From Candidatus Bathyarchaeota archaeon (GTDB lineage Archaea; Thermoproteota; Bathyarchaeia; Bathyarchaeales; WUQV01), in contig JAOZNA010000004.1 of NCBI GenBank assembly GCA_029934005.1, forward strand, positions 1 through 32,429: a stretch of 32,429 nucleotides of DNA, in the 5' to 3' direction. Positions 17,251 through 27,180 of the stretch are shown here, piece after piece (position 1 is the first letter of the stretch; each line of letters starts with the position of its first letter). The notes under the pieces are model-generated. The model searched no databases. It saw only the letters and a list, made by a program, of their open reading frames with translations, and had not been told where the DNA came from. The position numbers and the translations under genes were made by a program.

Positions 17251-18552
17251 ATGAACAAAAATCAAATTCTAATTCCAGTTGATGAACTCCCAAACAAATG
17301 GTACAACATTATTCCAGACCTACCAGAGCCTCTACCACCACCCAAAGAACCAGAATCTGGACCTTCCAGAATGGAATTTTTACAAAAAACAATGATTCAT
17401 GAATGTTTAAGGCAAGAGTCAAGCACAGAAAATTGGATTAGAATGCCGGACGAGATTTGGGAACTTTATGTCCAAGCTGGGAGACCTAGACCGCTTTATA
17501 GGGCTTTAAGACTTGAAAGAAGACTTGGTTTGAAAAGGGTTAGATTGTACTATAAACGTGAAGACTTATCACCTACTGGTTCACATAAAGTGAACACTGC
17601 ACTTGCTCAAGCTTATTATGCGGCAAAAGAGGGGAAAACAACGCTTGTTACTGAAACTGGAGCTGGACAATGGGGCACTGCCCTTGCTTATGCAGCAAGC
17701 CTGATGAATTTGGACTGCGTCATTTTTTGGGTTAAATCCGTTTATGACTGGAAAGTGGACAGAAGAACTCTTATGAAAGTTTATGGCGGAAAAGTTTATG
17801 CTTCACCTAGCAAGGAGACAAAAATCGGCGAAGAAATTTTAGCTAAAAATCCGAATCATCCAGGCTCACTTGGAATAGCAGTTTCAGAAGGGCTTGAGTA
17901 TACGGCTGAACATGAAGGAAGTATCTACTGTCTCGGCTCTGTTTTAAATCATGTTTTAATGCATCAAACCATTATAGGATTAGAAACCAAAAAGCAGTTT
18001 GAGCTTATAGATGACAAGCCAGACTTAATAGTGGGCTGTTTAGGCGGAGGCTCCAATTTTGGCGGAGTATCACTACCGTTTATTGGAGATGTATTGAAAG
18101 GTAAGCTTGAATGTGAATTTTTGGCGGCTCAATCAGAAGCTGCGCCTAATCTTGTAAAGGGTGAGTACCGATACGATTTCGCTGATGTGGGCGAACATAC
18201 GCCGCTGCTAAAAATGTATACGCTTGGCCATAAAATTGAGATGCCTCCGATAAAAGCGGATGGGTTACGTTACCATGCTGCAGCTCCAATAATAAGCTTA
18301 CTTAGACATTTAGGCATAGTCAAAGCCATAGCATATCCAGTTGACGAAAAAGCAATTTTCGAAGCTGCGAGAATATTCTTGCAAAGCGAAGGATGGTTAA
18401 TAGCGCCCGAATCTAGCTATGCTGTAAGGGCTGGAATAGATAAAGCCCTAGAATACGAGAAGGCTGGAGAAGAAAAAGTTATATTGATGAACATTAGTGG
18501 ACACGGATTCCTTGACTTACAAGCATACAAAGAAAAACTTGGAATACCATAA
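17251..18552 (+). CDS. trpB2: Tryptophan synthase beta chain, type 2 (stand-alone TrpB2)
   Basis: WYNI.PDLP, SPTGSHKVNTA (PLP lysine), TETGAGQWG, GGGSN, LRYH, APES, NISGHG. Confidence 0.93.
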   Translation: MNKNQILIPVDELPNKWYNIIPDLPEPLPPPKEPESGPSRMEFLQKTMIHECLRQESSTENWIRMPDEIWELYVQAGRPRPLYRALRLERRLGLKRVRLYYKREDLSPTGSHKVNTALAQAYYAAKEGKTTLVTETGAGQWGTALAYAASLMNLDCVIFWVKSVYDWKVDRRTLMKVYGGKVYASPSKETKIGEEILAKNPNHPGSLGIAVSEGLEYTAEHEGSIYCLGSVLNHVLMHQTIIGLETKKQFELIDDKPDLIVGCLGGGSNFGGVSLPFIGDVLKGKLECEFLAAQSEAAPNLVKGEYRYDFADVGEHTPLLKMYTLGHKIEMPPIKADGLRYHAAAPIISLLRHLGIVKAIAYPVDEKAIFEAARIFLQSEGWLIAPESSYAVRAGIDKALEYEKAGEEKVILMNISGHGFLDLQAYKEKLGIP

Positions 18553-18641
18553 ACTCTACAATTCTTTTCTTTCATAGTAACTTCTAATTTTAGTGATGCA
18601 CATATTCTTCTAAGGTAGGATAAACGTTTAACAGTGGTTTC

Positions 18642-19415
18642 ATGGAAAAATATCCGCGTTATTTAACTCCAGATTCGCAACCATTTAATCCTTTAGAAAT
18701 AGCCAAAAAGACAGAGGAGATTGTTTGCAGAAACAGTATGAGAAAGTATACAGCGTTTTACACGGTTGGAGTTTATCGCGGTATTGCTACGGGCTATGCG
18801 GTGGGTTGCTGCCTAAGATGTTTTTATTGCTGGGTTGGATTAGGCAGAGATTTTCCGGAAAGGTATGGAGAGTTCTTTTCACCATTGGAAGTTGTAAAGA
18901 ATTTAGAGAGGGCTGGTAGAAAGCGTGGAGTTCGAAAATGTAGAATTTCAGGTGGAGAACCAACTCTTTGCAGGAACCACTTACTTAATGTATTGAAGCT
19001 TATTGAAAATAACAGCTGGTTTGAACTTTTTATTTTAGAAACAAACGGCATACTTTTTGGAGCTGATGAAGGCTACGTTAGAGCTCTTACACCATTCACT
19101 AAAATTCATGTAAGAGTTTCTTTAAAAGCTGGAAATGAAGATGGATTTCAGCAAAGAACTGGTGCAATTGGAAAATTTTATCAACTTCCGTTCAAAGCTA
19201 TTGAAAATTTGTTTGAGGCGGGGATAAGCTTTCACGTAGCAGCCATGACCGACCCAAGAATAATGCCAAAAGAGGAGAGAAAAGCATTAATTAAAAGACT
19301 TGCAGAGATTGACAGCAGAATAGCGTTGAATCTAGAAGAAGAGGTAGTAGACCCCTACGAAACCACACTTTTCAGATTGAAAAAGGCTGGAATAAAGCTT
19401 GCTTGGTATAGATAA
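18642..19415 (+). CDS. Radical SAM protein (COG5014-like)
   Basis: GCCLRCFYCW (CxxxCxxC), RISGGEPT, FILETNG. Confidence 0.88.
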   Translation: MEKYPRYLTPDSQPFNPLEIAKKTEEIVCRNSMRKYTAFYTVGVYRGIATGYAVGCCLRCFYCWVGLGRDFPERYGEFFSPLEVVKNLERAGRKRGVRKCRISGGEPTLCRNHLLNVLKLIENNSWFELFILETNGILFGADEGYVRALTPFTKIHVRVSLKAGNEDGFQQRTGAIGKFYQLPFKAIENLFEAGISFHVAAMTDPRIMPKEERKALIKRLAEIDSRIALNLEEEVVDPYETTLFRLKKAGIKLAWYR

Positions 19416-19455
19416 ATGTAATAAAGGTTTAAACTACAATTTATAGAGTGGTGAT

Positions 19456-19749
19456 TTGTTGCCTTTCTACGTGCTACTCTCAAAACTAACAGATGAAGGA
19501 TGGAAAACAATAAGGGAAAGACCTGAAAGAATCAAGGAAGTCAACAAGGAACTTGAAGCCTTCGGAGTTAAAGTATTAAACCAATACGCAGTTTTAGGAC
19601 AATACGACTTCGTGAACATAATTGAGGCACCAGACAACGAAACCGTGGCAAAAATTTCAGTAGAACTAGGCTCAAGAGGCACAATACACATAATGAGCAT
19701 GCCAGCAATCCCAATAGACAAATTCATAGAATCAATAAAGAGAAAATAA
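19456..19749 (+). CDS. GYD-domain protein
   Basis: LSKLTDEG.KTI...PERI, YAVLGQYDFV.IIEAPD. Confidence 0.85.
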   Translation: MLPFYVLLSKLTDEGWKTIRERPERIKEVNKELEAFGVKVLNQYAVLGQYDFVNIIEAPDNETVAKISVELGSRGTIHIMSMPAIPIDKFIESIKRK

Positions 19750-19823
19750 TTCCACTCTCACATTTTTTATATTTTAAAAGCAGTTTTCAATAAGTAAACG
19801 AAATACTTCGGGAAGATACGTGA

Positions 19824-19982
19824 ATGAAAAAGGAAGAGTATCGTTGCAGAGTTTGCGGTCGGAAAATAAGCAGAGAAAAATACGAGGCGTTTGACGGTCT
19901 TTGTGAAGAATGTTGGGAGGACGAAATGACAGAAGAAATCGACGCAACAGAAGGAACAGATGAAGAATTCGTTCCAATATGA
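19824..19982 (+). CDS. 52-aa zinc-finger microprotein with acidic tail
   Basis: MKKEEYRCRVCGRKISREKYEAFDGLCEECWEDEMTEEIDATEGTDEEFVPI* (CxxC-x15-CxxC). Not in the ORF track. Confidence 0.72.
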   Translation: MKKEEYRCRVCGRKISREKYEAFDGLCEECWEDEMTEEIDATEGTDEEFVPI

Positions 19983-20131
19983 GATCAACATGACAAGCAT
20001 CCAGAAGAACACCATCAACTACACACTTCCCAAAAATCACCTAAATGATAAAATATGCAGTTAAACACCATTAAATGAACACGTATATTTTAAGTTCTTG
20101 CAGCGATGTAAAAAGAAAAGGGGGATTGACT

Positions 20132-23100
20132 TTATTTGTTTGTTTGGAATTGGAAGCTGCCTATTAGCATGTCTTTTCTCCAGATTTCGACTGTGTAGGT
20201 TTTTGGTTTTTTGAGGGTTTTGAAGTTTGTTATGTAGTGTTCGTCGATTGTGTTTATGCGGTAGTCTCTCGCTGTGTCGCCAAATGTTGAACTTTGCAGA
20301 ATATTGTTCGGGTCGTCTGCAGCATATATCTTAACAGTAAGTTCCTCGTTATAAACAAAGGGTTGATTTGGGTCTACTGAGGCAGCAACTCTTAGGGCGA
20401 ATTTTACGGGCATTGTTCTCCCAGCTTTATTATTTTCAGAAGCTGGTAACAGTTCCAGTACAGCCCAGTTTCTAATGCTATATGGGTGTATAGTTGACTT
20501 AAGATTTCCAAGATTATCTCGAGCCTTTATAACAACAACATAGTATCCATCTGGAAGCTGAAGAGTATCGAAGAATAGAGTCCATTTGCCCGTGGTTGAA
20601 TCATAAATGGCCTTCATATCCTCAAAACCTACGGGTATCCCCTCGCCTCCATCTGCCTCACGTAGGGATAAGGTAACTGAGGAAACACCGCACCCGGTAT
20701 CTGTGGCGGATATTATGAAGGTGACACCATCTTGTAAAGCCCACCCAACAGGAGGATTGACGATATCTATCGAAGGGGCAGTATTGTCAAGAATTACTGT
20801 GACTGTATTTAATGGTTCCACATTACCGACATTATCTATGCTGTAATAATCAATCTTGTATTCACCGTCATTGAGTCCAACCATCTTAAAAGATAGTGGA
20901 GGAACCCCCATGATCCATCCTGTACTATATGTAGCATTGTAGATTCTATATCGAGTGTTTGCAACTCCAGATCCAGCACCATTATTGTCTACGGCAGTCA
21001 AAACAATAGATGTATTAGACGTTACATACACGTTTCCAGAAGCATTGACATATTGAGGGATACCTATTAATAATGTTGTCTTCGGCGGGTTAGTATCTAT
21101 GGGCACGCCAGAAACTAAAACTGTCCTTTGGTCTTCTCTAGTAAAATTCTGCCCTGCTAATGTGGTTCCAAAAGCGGTTACTTTGATAGTATAACTACCG
21201 TCTTCCGTAAATTCTAGGAAGTAATTTGTGTAGATTCCATCATTAGCTGTCAAATCTCCATGATCGTCGGAACCATCATCAAATAAATCAAAACTTACTT
21301 CAGAAGAGTCGGGTCTTATTACTGTGGCCCGAACATGCACACCAGTAATAGGTATGCCACCCTCTTCCAGGATTGCCATAATTTTTATTGGCTCTGGAAA
21401 TGAATATGCACTTTTGTCCGTGACCACGCTAAGAGTGACAAGGGTGATCGCTGTTACTTTGGCGATAAAGTTCTCTGTTCCGATAGGGACATCCACGCCA
21501 ATTACATTTATCGTCCATGTTCCAGCCATCGGATTATCCAATCGATATAACTCGTATTGCGCTTCCTCTACATACTCGATACTGGGATCAGTTTGGGCGA
21601 TGCTAGGATCTATAATTGAACCGTCAGGCCTCGTCAGGATTAGGTCTAGGTCGCTCCCACCCCAACTTAATGTAAAAGTAGCTTGGGCAATACTTGAATC
21701 TATATCAACACTCGATTGAGTTATTTCACCTTGTGCTACCGATCCTTTGATAGATGCTACGGTTTGAGCCTGTGTTACTTGCGCTGCTATATCGTTGTAA
21801 ATTTCTAAAAGCTGTTCAGGAGAAGGCGCGAAACGGTAAAAACCACCTGTTTTACTTGCAATATATCCTAGTAGTCCTGCATCAGCACCTGCACCTAACC
21901 CTATCGTGTAGACTCTAATGTTTCTAGACTTCAAATCTGGAATAACATTATATGGATGCTCTCCTGTATTGTGCCAACCATTTGACATCAGAATAATAGC
22001 CCAAGGATGTGAGGGATCACCATAGCTTACTAACTGATTATAGGCAGTACGCAAACCCAGCCCCATTGCTGTTGACCCTGATGCATATATAGGATCAATC
22101 GCATTTTTTGCGGCTATTTTAGTTGCCGTTGAAGTAATCTCGGAGAGCTGGAAGTTAACAGTTGCTGTACTGGCATAAGATACTACGCCTATTCTATCTC
22201 CGATTTTCATCAAATCGACGAAAAGTTTCGCAGAGGTTTTTGCACCATTAATCTTTGCAGGGTCCCATCCCATGCTGCCCGATCTATCAATTACCAAAAC
22301 TACGTCAATGTTAGTCGTACGTGGTTGTATGATAACTCCATCAAGTTTAGCGTTCAAACTGATTGATCCGCCAGCTACTGCTCCTGGAAGAGGATATGGT
22401 AACCCGACAGCCGACGCTGCGACCCAGCTTGTTAGCGTTGTATACCACCTGTATGTTTCTCCTGATTGTAATCTGACCAGAAGCTTTAGGGTTGCACTTC
22501 CGGCGATAACATACTCCTCCGGAATTCCTACAATAAATGATTCTTTTTGGAAGATCGTCATTTCGCTCTCTCTATCACCGAATGAGGCCTTTATTTTGGC
22601 GAAAATCCCGAGGAAGCTACCTGACGGTAATGGAAGATCAAATTTTCTTGCTACACCATCATAGGACCATACAAAGTAGACTTCATAAAGTCCAGTTTTA
22701 GGACATACCCACTCATCTGCTAAACCGAACCACGCATCTGCCCTCGCAGCACCTCCAATAAATGCTTCTGCAAGGGCGTAAGTGGTGCCCGTTCCTTGCA
22801 AGCTATTAACAGACGAACTCCACTCTGCTGTGGCTAAAAGTATCTCCTCTTCATCACCGCTGTTCCAACCTTCCGAAAAAGGCTTCATTTCAAATTGACT
22901 CTCGTCAAGCTCTTTCAGAGCCGAATAAGCGTTAACTCGTCCAAATCCATAGTACTGATCCCACCCCTTTACACCGAGATCATCAGCTGTTTTTCTTAAT
23001 AAAGCTCTAATCATCCCACTACTCCAGTCCGGACGCATTGACCAAAGTAGAGCAGCAGTACCACTTACATGAGGTGTGGCCATAGATGTACCCCAATACA

Positions 23101-24139
23101 AATAGGAGTATGTATCGTCCCATTCGGTCGAGTAAACCCCTTCATTAATAGAGTCAAGTACTCTATCACCGTCAAGATCTCCCCCTCCTGGAGCACATAA
23201 CTCAATTTCAGGTCCATAATTAGTCCCCTTTCCAGGACCGAATTTTGAAGGGTTGTTGTTATAATCGATGGCAGAAACAGCTACCACGGTAGGAAACTTT
23301 GCTGGATATGCGACTTCGTTTCTATCGTCATTTCCAGCGGCAGCTATCAGTAAACAACCTTTGCTGTGGGCATAATTAACTGCGTTTTCGAGCGTTCCGC
23401 TGTAAACGTATCCTCCAAGGCTTAGGTTTATAATGTGTGCGCCATTGTCTGCAGCGTATATTATTCCTCTCGCGATGTCATCCCAAGAACCGTAACCATC
23501 CGTGTCGAGCACTTTTACTGCCATAAGTTTGACATTTGGTGCTACGCCGGTACCACCTAAATTATTGTCCATCTCAGCTGCAATAGTTCCAGCAACATGC
23601 GTTCCGTGGCCGTTATCATCCATTGGATCGTTATCATCGTTGACAAAATCGTACCCATAGAATCCATTTGCATCTTTCCACATATTATCATTAAGGTCGG
23701 GATGATTGTAATCAATTCCTGTATCTACAACTGCTACGATAATGCTGCTACTTCCCTTCGTTATATCCCACGCTTCAGGGGCTCTAATTCGATCATAGTG
23801 CCATTGGTTTCCATAATTTGGATCGCTGGGCGTGTAAAAAGAGGTATAATAGCTATTTCGTTCAGCAAACTTGACCTTTTTGTTCGAAAGTATGGCATCA
23901 ATAAAGTCATCTTCTGAGCCGATCGGGACGCTTACTAGGACCGTATTAATTTTTGTAAATTCTTGAACTATAGATCCGCCCAATGAAGTTATTAAATACT
24001 CGTCTACTTCATCGACGAAACCAACTAGAATTTCACCAGGGATATTGTCTCTAAAAGTTGCTTTAACATTCGGCAATGGTAGTGCAAATGCTGATAGACT
24101 GATGATGAAAATAATGATCAACAATGCTGGTTTTTTCAT
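20132..24139 (-). CDS. Secreted multidomain subtilase (S8) with propeptide, vWA domain and beta-sandwich/anchor domains
   Basis: Signal peptide; catalytic triad VVDTG, HGTHVAG, GTSMATPH; vWA DVVLVIDRSGSM; LFDDG..DHGD..ANDGIYT; YYSIDNVGNVE; KAGRTMPVKF tail. Confidence 0.92.
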   Translation of the reverse strand: MKKPALLIIIFIISLSAFALPLPNVKATFRDNIPGEILVGFVDEVDEYLITSLGGSIVQEFTKINTVLVSVPIGSEDDFIDAILSNKKVKFAERNSYYTSFYTPSDPNYGNQWHYDRIRAPEAWDITKGSSSIIVAVVDTGIDYNHPDLNDNMWKDANGFYGYDFVNDDNDPMDDNGHGTHVAGTIAAEMDNNLGGTGVAPNVKLMAVKVLDTDGYGSWDDIARGIIYAADNGAHIINLSLGGYVYSGTLENAVNYAHSKGCLLIAAAGNDDRNEVAYPAKFPTVVAVSAIDYNNNPSKFGPGKGTNYGPEIELCAPGGGDLDGDRVLDSINEGVYSTEWDDTYSYLYWGTSMATPHVSGTAALLWSMRPDWSSGMIRALLRKTADDLGVKGWDQYYGFGRVNAYSALKELDESQFEMKPFSEGWNSGDEEEILLATAEWSSSVNSLQGTGTTYALAEAFIGGAARADAWFGLADEWVCPKTGLYEVYFVWSYDGVARKFDLPLPSGSFLGIFAKIKASFGDRESEMTIFQKESFIVGIPEEYVIAGSATLKLLVRLQSGETYRWYTTLTSWVAASAVGLPYPLPGAVAGGSISLNAKLDGVIIQPRTTNIDVVLVIDRSGSMGWDPAKINGAKTSAKLFVDLMKIGDRIGVVSYASTATVNFQLSEITSTATKIAAKNAIDPIYASGSTAMGLGLRTAYNQLVSYGDPSHPWAIILMSNGWHNTGEHPYNVIPDLKSRNIRVYTIGLGAGADAGLLGYIASKTGGFYRFAPSPEQLLEIYNDIAAQVTQAQTVASIKGSVAQGEITQSSVDIDSSIAQATFTLSWGGSDLDLILTRPDGSIIDPSIAQTDPSIEYVEEAQYELYRLDNPMAGTWTINVIGVDVPIGTENFIAKVTAITLVTLSVVTDKSAYSFPEPIKIMAILEEGGIPITGVHVRATVIRPDSSEVSFDLFDDGSDDHGDLTANDGIYTNYFLEFTEDGSYTIKVTAFGTTLAGQNFTREDQRTVLVSGVPIDTNPPKTTLLIGIPQYVNASGNVYVTSNTSIVLTAVDNNGAGSGVANTRYRIYNATYSTGWIMGVPPLSFKMVGLNDGEYKIDYYSIDNVGNVEPLNTVTVILDNTAPSIDIVNPPVGWALQDGVTFIISATDTGCGVSSVTLSLREADGGEGIPVGFEDMKAIYDSTTGKWTLFFDTLQLPDGYYVVVIKARDNLGNLKSTIHPYSIRNWAVLELLPASENNKAGRTMPVKFALRVAASVDPNQPFVYNEELTVKIYAADDPNNILQSSTFGDTARDYRINTIDEHYITNFKTLKKPKTYTVEIWRKDMLIGSFQFQTNK

Positions 24140-24260
24140 TTCTCCCTACAACCTCTTTTTGGAGTAGAAATTTAATGTCATAATGTTTAACTATATATAG
24201 TTTCGGAAACTTTGTTCTATAAGGTTACGCGCGGAAGAATATAGGGTGAAACTCACCGAT

Positions 24261-24776
24261 TCATGATTCAATTTTAAACTCGGTGCTTCCGCCCATTACA
24301 AATTTTCCTTTTAATTCAGCTCCGGGTCTTTGCAGCACATATGCGTATACATAGTATTTCCCTGGAGAGACTTTAAATGTTGCATCATCCCTTTGATCCC
24401 ATGTCCAAACAAAGCTACCAGAAACAGTTTGCCTGAAATTCTCATACGGTACTTCATGTACAGGTAATGTTTTAACAATATTTCCCGAAGAATTCACAAT
24501 CCAACCCACCACGATATATCTAGGTGTCTCTGCACCCAAGGTTACGTCTGGATAAACGATTCGATATTCGACCAAAATCCGTATAAGCTCCTTTTGATTA
24601 TACGAAGGTTTTTCCGTTTCTACTGATAATGAATGAGAATTGCTTTGAAGCCCGGACCTCGACATATAATTTAAAGCCCCACAGAAATATAGTACTATGA
24701 AAAATATTAAGAGAGCAACAAGTAAAACAACAGCGAAAGGTAACTTGGTATTGAGGCTTTTGATTTTTAACTTCAA
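24261..24776 (-). CDS. Membrane-anchored hypothetical protein with Ig-like beta-sandwich
   Basis: N-terminal TM helix; VETEKPSY...FVWTWDQRD....VSPGKYYV. Confidence 0.7.
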   Translation of the reverse strand: MKLKIKSLNTKLPFAVVLLVALLIFFIVLYFCGALNYMSRSGLQSNSHSLSVETEKPSYNQKELIRILVEYRIVYPDVTLGAETPRYIVVGWIVNSSGNIVKTLPVHEVPYENFRQTVSGSFVWTWDQRDDATFKVSPGKYYVYAYVLQRPGAELKGKFVMGGSTEFKIES

Positions 24777-24897
24777 GTTATCACCTACTTATTTAGTTAT
24801 CGTTTGTTGTTTATAAACCTACTATTTCGAACACTACGTTTTAAGTTCAAGGGCCATTCTTAATATAACTTCATACCTCACTAATAATTAACTAATG

Positions 24898-24922
24898 TTC
24901 TTTTAATTTCTCTTAACAGAAA
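24898..24922 (+). repeat. 25-bp direct repeat, copy 1 (palindromic core)
   Basis: TTCTTTTAATTTCTCTTAACAGAAA, identical to 25931-25955. Confidence 0.85.
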
Positions 24923-25237
24923 TCAAACCGGACTACTGAAAATAAAACACCATAATAGAACGGCCGCAAAATTAATTGTAAGGAAATATAATCAAACGAA
25001 AGTCTTGATAAGTGATTGATGAAACGATATATTTCGGATGAAAGTGTTCGACTCGTTTTGAAAAGCTTGGGAAGCTTAGGTATGAAGGATTTACTATAAA
25101 GCTGGTATATCTATGAAAAATTCTTTCATCCATAAGGGGCTACTGCAAAAACGCTTGAATAAAAATAAGAAAGTAAATCAGTAATTGTGATAGATCAGAA
25201 GACTTATAGGAAGAAATTAAATTATGGCTTTTCGGAG

Positions 25238-25476
25238 ATGAAGTTGCGAATTTATATGCAGGCTATCATCTCAGCCATGCTATTTTTCACCGCTATTTTC
25301 ATTGCTTTAGATTGCTTACTGCAAAGCATTCTGTTCACTCAAGCGTCTTTTGAATAGGAGTGGAATGCGGAGCATTTGCAATTCTGTTATTTGGAATTCT
25401 TCTTCTTGGCTTCTATCTGCTTACACGCTTAGCAATACAAAGTGATAAGCCAAAACAACGCTTCTTTGAGAAATAA
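25238..25476 (+). pseudogene. Frameshifted two-TM membrane protein remnant
   Basis: MKLRIYMQAIISAMLFFTAIFIALDCLLQSILFTQASFE* (TAG 25355-25357) continues in another frame as IGVECGAFAILLFGILLLGFYLLTRLAIQSDKPKQRFFEK* (TAA 25474-25476). Confidence 0.5.
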
Positions 25477-25573
25477 ATATACAAAACATAGTGTAGAGTC
25501 TTGATAGTACTCTGTTTATCGAACAAACTTAAAATAAGGGTATTGGAGTAATTGGTTCTGAAGTGATGGGGGT

Positions 25574-25894
25574 ATGGCGTTTAAGGTTGTTTTTCTTGCT
25601 CATGCTCCTGACGCGGATGCTGAGAAACACAGGTGCATAATTGATACTGGCAAGTATAAACTATTCGTAGTAGTTGTCAAAAACCAGAGGGAAGCAGTTG
25701 AAGTTTGTAGAAAACTCGTCAGAGACGAAGGCATCCACTCGGTCCTGCTCTGCCCAGGATTTACACACAGAGACGTCGCAGAAATAGCCGAAACCGTCGG
25801 AGAGAACGTCGGCGTCTTCGTAGCCAGAGGAGACGGCCCAAGCAACAGAACTTCGTTAGAAATAAGGGAAAAAGAAGGCTTGTTTTCAGAATAG
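25574..25894 (+). CDS. DUF6506-like small protein
   Basis: FLAHAPDADAEKHR...EGIHSVLLCPGFTH...VARGDGPS. Confidence 0.75.
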   Translation: MAFKVVFLAHAPDADAEKHRCIIDTGKYKLFVVVVKNQREAVEVCRKLVRDEGIHSVLLCPGFTHRDVAEIAETVGENVGVFVARGDGPSNRTSLEIREKEGLFSE

Positions 25895-25930
25895 GCCATC
25901 AAAGCAGAAACTGAAGAAATGCGGTTCGTA

Positions 25931-25955
25931 TTCTTTTAATTTCTCTTAACAGAAA
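25931..25955 (+). repeat. 25-bp direct repeat, copy 2
   Basis: TTCTTTTAATTTCTCTTAACAGAAA, identical to 24898-24922. Confidence 0.85.
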
Positions 25956-26077
25956 GTAGATTTAGATTAGACAATATTAACAATGTGACGAATTATCTAT
26001 CTGTTCAAATCATGAAATATGTAATTTACAATTTTGTCTTAGAGTGCAATTTTTCATAAACTGGATTTGCTCAAGGT

Positions 26078-27103
26078 TTATAGCTTCTTTGCGAGGTTGA
26101 TAGATATTTCTGCTATATCTGCGCCGTACTCTGCTGATCTTCGGATACTTTCTAATATTAGCCTTAAGCCGATTGTCGTTGTGATATGTAGTTTGGTTTC
26201 TAAAATTAGTTTAATTGCTCGGCTTTCCAATTCTGTTATTTGGGTGATCTTCGCTATAGACTGGTTTGCTTTTTTGGTGTTGAGTTGGTATAGGGCTTTC
26301 ATAGCTTCTTGGCAGATTTCCCTTGAAAGCGTACTTATGTTTGTGATTAGGGCTATAATGTTGCTCGGAATACTTTGATATTCCATAGTTGGTATTGTTT
26401 GCGCTATCCTTGCAGCGTGATCCGCTATCCTTTCGATGCTTTTAGCGACCAGCCTATAGCCCATACAGTCTCTTGGACTTGTAAGGCCAATTTCATTTAT
26501 CATAAGTCTGTTCTCAATAGCCATTTTCAACTGTCTTATAACAAAAAAGTAAAGGCGGTCTACTTCATCGTCTCTCTGCGTAACATCATGGGCTAGGGAT
26601 AAATCTCTTTCTTTCAGCGCTGCTACCGCATCTTTATGCATTGATAAGGCCATTACGTGCATTCTGCTGAGCGCGTCTTTAACTGGAAACTCGATATGCC
26701 CGAGTAGGCAACGAGCGGTAAGATAGTGGGCTGATTCATCAATAACTTCGACGCCAACTAGCTTTCTTTTTATAACATCTTTAATGTAAGCTCGATGTTC
26801 AGAAGATTTGGAGGCAAATCTCAAATGTATGATGTCATAGCCAACTAGATAGCAGGCGATTAGTTCTCTTGCAATGTTTTCGGGATCAAGGGTTTGAGGA
26901 GCGTCTATAAGAAATTCAGACTGCCTTTCCTCTTTTTTCTCCTTTCCGGGAACCAGAAGTAAGGAGTTGTCGGGTTGAGGTATCAGCCTTACGTAATCTC
27001 CAGGCTTCAAGCCCGAATCTTTAGCCCAGCTCTTCGGAAGCGAAACTATGTAGGTTGAACCTCCTGTTAATTGAACTCTTCTCAATTGAGCCGTAGTTTT
27101 CAT
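26078..27103 (-). CDS. phoU: Archaeal phosphate-uptake regulator (AbrB-like DNA-binding domain plus PhoU repeats)
   Basis: RRVQLTGGSTYIVSLPKSWA, RDDEVDRLY, SIERIADHA, SIRRSAEYGADIAE; divergent from pstS. Confidence 0.93.
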   Translation of the reverse strand: MKTTAQLRRVQLTGGSTYIVSLPKSWAKDSGLKPGDYVRLIPQPDNSLLLVPGKEKKEERQSEFLIDAPQTLDPENIARELIACYLVGYDIIHLRFASKSSEHRAYIKDVIKRKLVGVEVIDESAHYLTARCLLGHIEFPVKDALSRMHVMALSMHKDAVAALKERDLSLAHDVTQRDDEVDRLYFFVIRQLKMAIENRLMINEIGLTSPRDCMGYRLVAKSIERIADHAARIAQTIPTMEYQSIPSNIIALITNISTLSREICQEAMKALYQLNTKKANQSIAKITQITELESRAIKLILETKLHITTTIGLRLILESIRRSAEYGADIAEISINLAKKL

Positions 27104-27124
27104 ATATTTTCACCAAGGGGAATT

Positions 27125-27180
27125 TACATAGATTATGTAGTTTTGATATTTATATATAGATTATGTCCAGAAACTATATA
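27125..27180. promoter_or_regulatory. Divergent phoU/pstS promoter with repeated putative operator
   Basis: ATAGATTATGT at 27128-27138 and 27156-27166; TACATA-GAT-TATGTA palindrome at 27125-27139; TATA-like tracts. Confidence 0.5.

Noticed and set aside
19767-20040. Minus-strand ORFs 19767-20018 and 19774-20040
   Set aside because: They are antisense shadows of the plus-strand zinc-finger ORF, with no recognisable motifs.
20077-24848. Similar GAACAC-N-TTTTAAGTTC motifs at 20077-20097 and 24829-24848 flanking the protease region
   Set aside because: The match is imperfect and AT-rich. The reverse complement AACTTAAAA resembles local promoter TATA elements (also at ~25526), so it is not convincing as an element boundary.
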